IMG/VR virus record: IMGVR_UViG_3300042308_001616
Coordinates: 124,001 to 188,000 of that record
Strand: one strand, 5' to 3'
Length of the DNA stretch: 64,000 bases
Under the pieces are notes generated by a model, which saw nothing but the letters and a program-made list of their open reading frames with translations, was not told where the DNA came from and did not search any database. Both the position numbers and the translations under genes were made by a program. Positions 55,674-63,799 of this stretch are shown one piece after another (the stretch's first letter is position 1; each line of letters opens with the position of its first letter).

Positions 55674-56020
55674 TATTTATCAATTGGTTCATCAACACTT
55701 TCACTATCTTCTACAGAATTATTATTTTGATCATCATCATTATATCTAAGATGATCACATTTCTCTTTTTGTATTTGTCTTATTATGTACCCCGCTATAA
55801 AGAATTGTATACTAGCCCACATTCCAAACTCGACCATTGTCATCGTATTTATTTTAGCCAGAAGGTAGAATATCATACCCCATTCTGCTATAACAAACCC
55901 TATTCCAGACTCTATTCTCTTTTTTGAGAAATAGGTCTTTCTCGCTGTGTATATGTTTACCATCTCTGTGATAAACCACTTTATGTTGGTCCATCCAAAG
56001 AACCATTTACCCTTTCCCAT
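55673..56020 (-). CDS. Two-TM membrane protein, holin candidate
   Basis: 'SKKRIESGIGFVIA' then two TM helices, charged tail; late box upstream. Confidence 0.5.
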   Translation of the reverse strand: MGKGKWFFGWTNIKWFITEMVNIYTARKTYFSKKRIESGIGFVIAEWGMIFYLLAKINTMTMVEFGMWASIQFFIAGYIIRQIQKEKCDHLRYNDDDQNNNSVEDSESVDEPIDK

Positions 56021-56053
56021 AAAACTTTTGTTTTTATATATTAAAAGGGAAAA

Positions 56054-56761
56054 CTAAAAACCTTCATCATCCACATCCGGATCGTGAAATGGTGAGTAGA
56101 AAATATTATCTTCTGATGGTGTTACCGGAAGTCCGCACTCGGCCAAAAGAGGTATAAATACTTTGTCAGTCTGACCAAGAAGTAGACCTAAGTAGAAAGA
56201 AAATGGCCAACAAATCTCATAGTTGATGTAAACGGTTCTATAATTTTTTCTTTCTAACGAAATATTGTTATTTTTCATTAGATGATATGCCTCGTTTCTG
56301 TAACGGAAGACGTATTCATCATTGTTATAGTAGACAATCCACTTCCACTTTGCTTTATCATCTGGATTTGCCTCAATATTTTCATCTTCGTATGGATCAA
56401 CAACCTCCTTTTTTGTAAGCCCTTTTAACTTTTCAACTATGAATTTAGAACAAGCATTCACAATGTCAGTTCCTCTGTAAAGTGTTATCGAGTAACGGTT
56501 CTTCCACATCTTCGTAATTGAAATATTATAACCGAGACTTTCGAACATATCCCTGTAGTTTTCTATGTGATGATCAAACTTCCAGTAGAACCCCTTCACA
56601 ACGTCGTTCTCGTTCGGAAACTCAATCTCGTAGACTTTTAGTATATCACTTCCTTTGAAGAAGTCAATCTCTTTGAAACCGTCGGCACCTGTCTCATCAA
56701 CAAAGTGTGAAAGTATCTGTTCAATCTCGTTGAACTCCTCAAATAACTTTATGTACCTCAT
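56054..56761 (-). CDS. Hypothetical protein with leader MRYIKLFEEF (paralog family)
   Basis: Shares 'LGYN' and 'V.[IV]NY...W.F' with the neighbour. Confidence 0.7.
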   Translation of the reverse strand: MRYIKLFEEFNEIEQILSHFVDETGADGFKEIDFFKGSDILKVYEIEFPNENDVVKGFYWKFDHHIENYRDMFESLGYNISITKMWKNRYSITLYRGTDIVNACSKFIVEKLKGLTKKEVVDPYEDENIEANPDDKAKWKWIVYYNNDEYVFRYRNEAYHLMKNNNISLERKNYRTVYINYEICWPFSFYLGLLLGQTDKVFIPLLAECGLPVTPSEDNIFYSPFHDPDVDDEGF

Positions 56762-57375
56762 TAGTAGATTGAAACCCTTTTTATCTCTCTTCCGGTAACA
56801 TAACTAGCCCAATCACAGAGTATACTATTTATAGTCTTGTCATAAAATTCACTAGCAATCATCTCGTCCAAGAACGCCCAAGTTTGATGGTAGTTGACGA
56901 ACGCCTCGTCTACACACTGTGGTGCCTCCACTGGATCGTAGACCTTCAGTATCTGCTTACCGTCCTTCATCCACTCGACGAATGAGCTCTTTCTGACCCA
57001 CGGAGTACCCGGTTCCACACCCAAGCGCTTTCCCATATCACGTCCGTATACTTCCTTTAACCATTCAGTTGCTGCCTGTAACATAGTGCCTTTGTGAAAA
57101 ACAGTGTAGAATATTGTAGGCATCGTAGTGGATCCTACCATCCTTTTGTCAGTCCTGGTGAATTTTAGATTATAGCCTAAGTACTCTGCAAGTTCACTAT
57201 ACTCTAAACTCAACTTTTGAATCTCGTCTTTGTTATCCTCACTACCTTTAAGTCTGTACGCAATCATCGCATCAGACTTAATGACCTCCAGCATTTCCAT
57301 CTCAAAATCCTCGCAGATTCTGACCATAATCTGTACGATAGGATTGAACTCTTCGAACATTCTCAAATACCTCAT
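56761..57375 (-). CDS. Hypothetical protein with leader MRYLRMFEEF (paralog family)
   Basis: Start revised from 57525; TATATATA 4 nt upstream. Confidence 0.7.
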   Translation of the reverse strand: MRYLRMFEEFNPIVQIMVRICEDFEMEMLEVIKSDAMIAYRLKGSEDNKDEIQKLSLEYSELAEYLGYNLKFTRTDKRMVGSTTMPTIFYTVFHKGTMLQAATEWLKEVYGRDMGKRLGVEPGTPWVRKSSFVEWMKDGKQILKVYDPVEAPQCVDEAFVNYHQTWAFLDEMIASEFYDKTINSILCDWASYVTGREIKRVSIY

Positions 57376-57397
57376 AGGGTATATATAAAAAAAGGAA

Positions 57398-58594
57398 TTA
57401 CATATTGTCGAAGAACCTGAACTTACTATCGTAGTCCTTTTTATCGTCACCTTTCTTACGACGACCGTACTTAGGAAGCCATCGGATGTCGAATTCATCT
57501 TTACTAAAGAAATTATCCAGAACAAGTTTCTTATATGAGTCTGGTACGAGCTGTGCCAATTTGTTCATGTCCTTCACCTTACTTATTCTGTGCATAAGTT
57601 GTTCAGGATTGGTAGATTTCTTTTTCGCAACTATATCTTCAAAAAGTTTCCTCCATAAAAACACAGGGTAACCCTGTCTCATTTTCTCTTCGGTTTTTCG
57701 GTAACCGGCTTCATCATTGTCGAAGAAGTACCTGAGATCCAATCCAGATCCTTCTAACAAACGGAAGTCAGTATTTACACCAACGAGACCAATTGAGTTA
57801 GGGAAGTAAAGTGAATCGATATAACCCTCGAAAACCGTAACGGTATCACCAAAGTTTATGTTGAGTATGTTAAAGTAGTATGATAATTTGTTATAAATAA
57901 CTATCTCACCAGCGTCTACATCGTGTTCTGTATCCTTTCCAATCATAATCCACTCAAGTAGATTTTCATAGTTGTATATTTTGAACATCCTACGTTTACC
58001 CTCTTTCAAATTACGTATCTGCATACCGAGTACTTTATCATCTCTTCTGTTGAGCATCACTATTATCCACTCATGCTCATCCTCGTTCTTCCAGTATTTT
58101 GCTTGGTATATATTTTTGTGAAATTCAGGACCAATTCCACGTCCTATTAGATATTTGTAAACACCGCTATTAGATTGTATTGGTTTGAAATCTGATATTG
58201 GTGTCAGATTTTCAGAGAATATACGTTCGAGTTCCGATAGTTCAATAAGATTTTCGAACCTAGCATCAGCCATACTCGCTTCAGCATCTTTATATGTAAC
58301 TACCGAGTCGAGATATTCTATCATCTCTAACTTTTTATCAGGATCGATGACTTCATTGTGTTTCTTACAAAGTCGATCAAGACCCATACTAGATCCACAA
58401 TTGAAACATACATATCTAAGACTTTTTAGATAAAGATTTCCCCTTTTCTTATGTTCGTTATTATGTGAATCACCACAACATGGTGCACAGAAGTTTAGAC
58501 GATCAACGTAGTCCCTAACCTTTCTCCTAGCAGGAGATGCAAACTCTTTATCGAGAATCTTTTGTATAAGCCCTTTTACATACTCCTTGTCCAT
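57398..58594 (-). CDS. DNA primase (T4 gp61-like)
   Basis: Zn ribbon 'NFCAPCCGDS...KRG...VCFNCG'; TOPRIM 'VFEGYIDS', 'FFDND', 'KDMN'. Confidence 0.9.
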   Translation of the reverse strand: MDKEYVKGLIQKILDKEFASPARRKVRDYVDRLNFCAPCCGDSHNNEHKKRGNLYLKSLRYVCFNCGSSMGLDRLCKKHNEVIDPDKKLEMIEYLDSVVTYKDAEASMADARFENLIELSELERIFSENLTPISDFKPIQSNSGVYKYLIGRGIGPEFHKNIYQAKYWKNEDEHEWIIVMLNRRDDKVLGMQIRNLKEGKRRMFKIYNYENLLEWIMIGKDTEHDVDAGEIVIYNKLSYYFNILNINFGDTVTVFEGYIDSLYFPNSIGLVGVNTDFRLLEGSGLDLRYFFDNDEAGYRKTEEKMRQGYPVFLWRKLFEDIVAKKKSTNPEQLMHRISKVKDMNKLAQLVPDSYKKLVLDNFFSKDEFDIRWLPKYGRRKKGDDKKDYDSKFRFFDNM

Positions 58595-58624
58595 ACAGAG
58601 TATATTGTATCAAACTGTCTTTGT

Positions 58625-60517
58625 TTACACCATTCTCAGGAGTATCCATCTTTTGTAGAGTTCCTCACCCGGCTCCGGCATCTTAAGCAACCTCGTCATA
58701 TCCAGACTGCCGAACACCTGACCGATCCTAGGATGGTTCTCGTAGCAAGCAGCGGCGTACCTGGCTTTCCCAACCATCACTTTCGCATCCTCTTCACTCA
58801 GATTCAACCTCGACCTCAGGTCAGGCTTTGTCTTCTCGTCACCGTATATCCTCGAGGCTACGTTACTCACCGCACCCTTGCTACGCCCGTCGAACCCACC
58901 GCCATACAGATAAACTATAAAGGCGGGCACAAGATCCGTCAGGCCGGTGGTCACGAACTCTTTGTTGTCCATTCCTATATCACAGTATGTCGCGTATTCG
59001 TAGTGAATACCCTTGAAAAGATCTTTCACAAAGTCTTCAATCGAGACCGAATATCCTTTCCACTCAACCAGCATCGACTCGGTGTCCTCCCTGAGCATCA
59101 GCTTGTCGAACTTGCCGCTGTCACTTCTGGCAACGCCGTTCTGCACGTATTCCCTCTTCAGCTTGCTCTCGACCTCCTCGCGGTCGAAGGTGAACTCCTT
59201 ATCGATCGGGTCGTAGGTGTAGTCCTTGGAGTAGTACTCGCCGTCGACCTTCACGTAGAGCGCGACCTCATCCTTGTGACACCAGTCCGTGTTGCCCTCC
59301 TCGTCGACAATCACCTCGATGGCATCGTCCTCCGGAATCCAGTCGCTCATCATCTCGGACTTGACGGTGTCCTCCTCGAGGTATGTGTTGCCGTCGAACT
59401 CGCAGTACCTTGTGTTTGCCCTGTCGGAGACGTAAACGTCCCTGTATTCGAGCCAGGTCGCGTGGTCGGCCGTCACGTAGTCGTCTATGTCATCGCAGTA
59501 GAATGCGTCGTCGACCGGAATCCAGTCGTCGAGGTATTCCGAACGCCTGAACTCCTCCTCGAGCGACGGCCCTTCGCCGTGTGTCGACTGCAGGTACAGA
59601 ACGTTATCGGTGTAGGTGGGAATTGACTTGGTAAGCGTGCCTTCCTCAGTGTCGTAGTACTTGAAGGTGTCCATGTAAGGGTACTTCCCGTAGTCCTTAG
59701 CCTTCACCTCGACCGTAGCGTTTGCCGGTGCGACCGGTGTCAGACCGTAGCTGTAGTCTATCTTGTTGGTCTTTCCCCAGTCGTAGAACTTACCGATGTT
59801 GGCGTTCGTGTCGACGCAGTAGACGCGGTCCATGTAAGTCTTCCCGTCGTCAAGCGTCCAGATTAGCGCTCGACCCATCGTCTTACCTTCTTTGTCGAGC
59901 ATGACCAGTAGCTTCACAACATCCGGGTTCTCGGTGTAAATACCGAAGAAGCCGGCACAATCGGGCTTCCTCATGCAGGATCCGTGCAGCGAGTCGTTGC
60001 CTGAGTAGTCCTTTTTGTCGACGAAGCTGCTTTCCAGGTACCTCCTCACTATCTCTACACCCTGTACGACCTCGAAGGTGTGAGAGTCTCCTTTCTGTGC
60101 TAGGTCGTACTCCACCCTGTAGGCGTTTACAAATAGTTCGAGCTCTGCACCAGGTACCTCTTTGTCAACGTTTTTCATCACCATCTGTGCAAATTTACCA
60201 ATCGCATACTCTGGTGTTCTTCCTTCACTCCAATATTTGTTTGTCTTATCAGGTCTTTCACCATCGGGGTGAACTTTTAAGTATCTGTTGGCTTGTACAA
60301 ATGACACTTTGTCGTTTTTATCAGTTATGTCTATAAGTGAATAGGGGTATTTCGACTGACCACCTGTTTCCTGTAGTATTAATACACCAGCCACTCTTTC
60401 AGCAGTTCCGTTATATTTTTCATAAATAAATTTCAGTATGTTCCTGAATTGGTCGGAATAATAGAGTTGCATACCTTTTGTAGAACTCTCGATAATAAAG
60501 TCTTCGTATCTTAACAT
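58625..60517 (-). CDS. Conserved phage protein ('SCM...GRALIW...YMDRVY...YPYMDTF' family) with leader MLRYEDFIIES and acidic repeats
   Basis: Motifs as given; GC-rich body; late box 4 nt upstream. Confidence 0.75.
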   Translation of the reverse strand: MLRYEDFIIESSTKGMQLYYSDQFRNILKFIYEKYNGTAERVAGVLILQETGGQSKYPYSLIDITDKNDKVSFVQANRYLKVHPDGERPDKTNKYWSEGRTPEYAIGKFAQMVMKNVDKEVPGAELELFVNAYRVEYDLAQKGDSHTFEVVQGVEIVRRYLESSFVDKKDYSGNDSLHGSCMRKPDCAGFFGIYTENPDVVKLLVMLDKEGKTMGRALIWTLDDGKTYMDRVYCVDTNANIGKFYDWGKTNKIDYSYGLTPVAPANATVEVKAKDYGKYPYMDTFKYYDTEEGTLTKSIPTYTDNVLYLQSTHGEGPSLEEEFRRSEYLDDWIPVDDAFYCDDIDDYVTADHATWLEYRDVYVSDRANTRYCEFDGNTYLEEDTVKSEMMSDWIPEDDAIEVIVDEEGNTDWCHKDEVALYVKVDGEYYSKDYTYDPIDKEFTFDREEVESKLKREYVQNGVARSDSGKFDKLMLREDTESMLVEWKGYSVSIEDFVKDLFKGIHYEYATYCDIGMDNKEFVTTGLTDLVPAFIVYLYGGGFDGRSKGAVSNVASRIYGDEKTKPDLRSRLNLSEEDAKVMVGKARYAAACYENHPRIGQVFGSLDMTRLLKMPEPGEELYKRWILLRMV

Positions 60518-60551
60518 AGTGTATATATTACAGGAATGATTTTAAAAAAAA

Positions 60552-60576
60552 GAAAAGGCGCTAATCGCGCCTTTTC
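60552..60576. terminator. Intrinsic terminator
   Basis: GAAAAGGCGC-taatc-GCGCCTTTTC, T-run on minus strand. Confidence 0.75.
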
Positions 60577-60580
60577 AATA

Positions 60581-61711
60581 TTATTTACGTTTTTTCGGCA
60601 TCTTAGGATTCACACTAAGATTCTTCGAAATTTTGGTCAAAGCTTTGACTTTGTTATTGAGCTCTTTGGTGTAAGGGTCTCTCATATCGAGTTCACCAGA
60701 CATCGCTGCGTTAGGTAACCTCATTGAGACGGTCGATGCATCTATACCTTCAGAGAATTTGTCAAAAGTCCTTACGAACTTACTCGGCTCCTGTGGCTTG
60801 TTTGTGTCTTTCACCGTGAAGGATATTATGTTTGCAAACCTTTCGTGATGTAGGTTCTTGGCAAGATCAGTAATGTGTCTAACGTTACCCGGATCATCAT
60901 CAGAGAATCCAATTTTGGCTTTTTTACCAACCATTTTTGCAAATCTATCTGCTTTATCAGCAAATTGCATAAGTGCATCTTCCTTAGCCTTTTCAGGGTT
61001 GGAAGCAGATCCTGACCTAGACGGTGCAGAAACTCCTACGAGGTCACAATTGTCTAAATAAGCTTTTACAATTGGATCTTTTGATGGTGTAGATAAATCT
61101 TCAAGTAACTTTGGAACATTATCTATATTCTCATCTTTGAACATATAAAGGTATGCTAAAAGATGATTATACATTTCTTGCTTCTGGGTGTCTGTAAGTA
61201 CTTTGTCTATAATATACTCAATACCAGGTCTCATACCTCCTGATATGATTTTACCATCTGTTGATTTCCCATATACTTCTTTTTCATGTCCTCTTGCTGT
61301 TATTATTGCAAAAATTGCACCCGAAGTTAGACACTCGATGAAATCTTCCCAAGCAGGTGCGTATCTATTTTCAGTAATGGCTTTCTTTACATCTAAAGAG
61401 AATGCTTCGATACCTCTCGGTCCGTTGTCACGGAATTCTGAGAAAGCCGCAGATGGATCACCATTTAATATCCTCCAATTATCACTATCACCACGTACAA
61501 CCGCAAAATCCGCAGTTGAAACGTCAGTAGGAACCCAATCACCATCAATGAATTTCTCCATATGGATCACCGTTGGCATATTAAGGATATTGTCATCCCA
61601 GTCGAAAGCATAGTACAGGAGGTGATTATCAGTAGACTCAACCGGTACAGACTCGAGTGAGTGCTGGTAGAGTGCCCTGTTCTCGTTGAACTGGTTCCAA
61701 CTCTTTATCAT
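60581..61711 (-). CDS. HAD-superfamily phosphatase-like protein with leader MIKSWNQFNE
   Basis: 'YAFDWDDNIL', 'IITARGH', 'K', 'GFSDDD'. Confidence 0.7.
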   Translation of the reverse strand: MIKSWNQFNENRALYQHSLESVPVESTDNHLLYYAFDWDDNILNMPTVIHMEKFIDGDWVPTDVSTADFAVVRGDSDNWRILNGDPSAAFSEFRDNGPRGIEAFSLDVKKAITENRYAPAWEDFIECLTSGAIFAIITARGHEKEVYGKSTDGKIISGGMRPGIEYIIDKVLTDTQKQEMYNHLLAYLYMFKDENIDNVPKLLEDLSTPSKDPIVKAYLDNCDLVGVSAPSRSGSASNPEKAKEDALMQFADKADRFAKMVGKKAKIGFSDDDPGNVRHITDLAKNLHHERFANIISFTVKDTNKPQEPSKFVRTFDKFSEGIDASTVSMRLPNAAMSGELDMRDPYTKELNNKVKALTKISKNLSVNPKMPKKRK

Positions 61712-61712
61712 A

Positions 61713-62021
61713 TTACTTTCTTTTTTTGTTAATGAATGATTGAAAAGACTCTAATTGACCCATTTCTTCTTCTTCCTCTTCTTCATTTTGTCCGAAATCA
61801 TCCTCATCCTCATCTTCTTCCTCTTGTCCGAAATCCTCTTCTTCCTCTTGTCCGAATTCGCCAAAACCTTGAACATCATCCGATTCACCTTCTTGACTTT
61901 CTTCTAATTCGATTGTGAATTCTTCTACAACCTCTTCGTCTTTTGTAGCAGAAACAGATATATTTCCTTCAGACTCTTCTATCACGATTAGGTACCCGTT
62001 TATTTCAACTGTTGTTTTCAT
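61713..62021 (-). CDS. Highly acidic small protein ending in LESFQSFIN motif
   Basis: Glu/Asp runs with 'FGQEEE' repeats; late box upstream. Confidence 0.65.
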   Translation of the reverse strand: MKTTVEINGYLIVIEESEGNISVSATKDEEVVEEFTIELEESQEGESDDVQGFGEFGQEEEEDFGQEEEDEDEDDFGQNEEEEEEEMGQLESFQSFINKKRK

Positions 62022-62097
62022 GTGTATTTTCTATTTTTTGGATATATATTAAAACTTTTAAACCGCTTTGTTATAAAAACTATAAAAAAACTAAAGA

Positions 62098-62781
62098 ATG
62101 AACAAATTCGATATGATGAGAAGTATGAAATCACACTTCAGAGATAGTGGTATTAGTCAATCTGTTGGCAATGATTACTTCAACAAACTGACAAAAAAAG
62201 TTAACAATAATACATCGGTATTAATAGAAGGTGGTGGATACCAAGTAGATGTTTTTTCTAAACTAATTGAGGACCGTATAATATTTTTATCCACAGAAAT
62301 TGATGATTATACCTGTAACCTAATAAAAGCACAACTTCTTTATTTAGAACAGGAGAGTGACGATGAAATTAAACTTTATATCGATTCAGGTGGTGGATCT
62401 GTATATAGTGGTTTAGGATTACTCGATGTAATGGACTACATAAAACCGGACATCGTTACCGTAAACACAGGTCTTGCAGCATCAATGGCTGCTGTTATAC
62501 TCTGCTCCGGAACCAAAGGTAAGAGAAGAGCTCTGAAGAGAAGTCGTACGATGATCCACCAACCATTAACTTATGGTGGATGGATGCAACAAGCGTCAGA
62601 CATTGAGATTGAAGCAAAAGAGATGAACTCTTTGAAAAAAGAACTATACGAAATTATTTCAGATAAAACGGGTCAGACGTATGATCGAGTATATAAGGAT
62701 GGTGATAGAGATTACTGGATGACTTCCGAAGATGCAAAGAGATATGGAATGATAGATGAGATAGTTAAAAATAAAAAATAA
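62098..62781 (+). CDS. clpP: ATP-dependent Clp protease proteolytic subunit
   Basis: 'DVFSKLIEDRIIFL', 'GGSV', 'GLAASMAAVIL', 'MIHQP', 'DRDYWM'. Confidence 0.95.
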   Translation: MNKFDMMRSMKSHFRDSGISQSVGNDYFNKLTKKVNNNTSVLIEGGGYQVDVFSKLIEDRIIFLSTEIDDYTCNLIKAQLLYLEQESDDEIKLYIDSGGGSVYSGLGLLDVMDYIKPDIVTVNTGLAASMAAVILCSGTKGKRRALKRSRTMIHQPLTYGGWMQQASDIEIEAKEMNSLKKELYEIISDKTGQTYDRVYKDGDRDYWMTSEDAKRYGMIDEIVKNKK

Positions 62782-62789
62782 AAAATAAT

Positions 62790-63740
62790 ATGAGAATACT
62801 TGCAAACGACGGTATATCCAAAACCGGTAAGGAGATGTTAGAAGCAGCGGGATACACCGTTGATACCGAACACAGACCACAGGACCAATTGGCACAAGCA
62901 ATAAACGATGGTGGATATGAGATACTTTTAGTGAGAAGTGCCACTAAAGTAGATAACGTTCTTATGGATGCTTGTCCAGGACTTAAGATGGTTGGAAGAG
63001 GTGGTGTCGGCCTCGATAACGTGGATAAATACCACGCAAAAAATAATGGAATAATAGTTTTTAACACACCAGAAGCGAGTTCAAGATCTGTTGCAGAATT
63101 GGTTGTAGGTTCTATGTTTACACTTTCAAGGTCTCTACATGATTCTGCTAGGAATCTTACTCAGGACGAATTCGGTAAACTAAAGAAGAAATATTCTAAT
63201 GGTATCGAGCTAAGAGGAAAGTCTATCGGAATAATTGGCTTTGGTAGAATTGGCCAAGAGTTAGCATCATATGCAATTGCAATGGGAATGGATGTTTTTG
63301 CTGTAGATTTAGAGGATAAAGAAGTAATCATTCCTGTAGAGATTTACAACAAAGTTATAGAGGTACCAGTAATGGTCAGAAAAAACTTTGATGTAGTACG
63401 TTATTGTGATTTCGTTTCTGTACATATACCGAAACAACCAAATGGTGATTCTGCTATCACATACGGAGATATTGAGTTAATGAAAGACGGTGTCATCATA
63501 ATAAACACATCCAGAGGTGGCGTAGTCAACGAGGATGATTTATTGGACGCATTAGAAACCGGAAAAGTAGCAGCAGCAGCACTTGATGTATTTGAGGACG
63601 AGCCTAAACCTAACCCTGCATTATTGAATCATCCGAAAATATTTGCTACACCACATATCGGTGCTGCAACCGTTGAGGCACAATATAGAATTGGAACAGA
63701 AATTGCAGATATAATAACTGCGGTCTATGGAACTAAATAA
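62790..63740 (+). CDS. serA: D-3-phosphoglycerate dehydrogenase (D-2-hydroxyacid dehydrogenase)
   Basis: 'ILANDGIS', 'VRSATKV', 'RGGVGLDNVD', 'GIIGFGRIG', 'NTSRGGVV', 'TPHIGAAT.EAQ.RIG'. Confidence 0.9.
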   Translation: MRILANDGISKTGKEMLEAAGYTVDTEHRPQDQLAQAINDGGYEILLVRSATKVDNVLMDACPGLKMVGRGGVGLDNVDKYHAKNNGIIVFNTPEASSRSVAELVVGSMFTLSRSLHDSARNLTQDEFGKLKKKYSNGIELRGKSIGIIGFGRIGQELASYAIAMGMDVFAVDLEDKEVIIPVEIYNKVIEVPVMVRKNFDVVRYCDFVSVHIPKQPNGDSAITYGDIELMKDGVIIINTSRGGVVNEDDLLDALETGKVAAAALDVFEDEPKPNPALLNHPKIFATPHIGAATVEAQYRIGTEIADIITAVYGTK

Positions 63741-63756
63741 AAATTATAATATACAA

Positions 63757-63788
63757 AAAGGCCACTCAATGAGTGGCCTTTATTTTTT
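63757..63788. terminator. Bidirectional intrinsic terminator
   Basis: AAAGGCCACTC-aat-GAGTGGCCTTT. Confidence 0.8.
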
Positions 63789-63799
63789 ACAATAAAAAC

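Noticed and set aside
14029-57525. Longest-ORF starts at 14029, 14478, 15201, 16490, 44679 and 57525
   Set aside because: Downstream ATGs give stop-start coupling or follow the late box and restore the leader motif
58562-59626. 354-aa plus-strand ORF
   Set aside because: Antisense shadow of the GC-rich gene 58625..60517; no motif, promoter or plausible start
8540-62097. Possible middle-promoter motif (CTATAA) upstream of gp47-like, GT2, 25391 and clpP
   Set aside because: Too short and AT-rich to distinguish from background by eye
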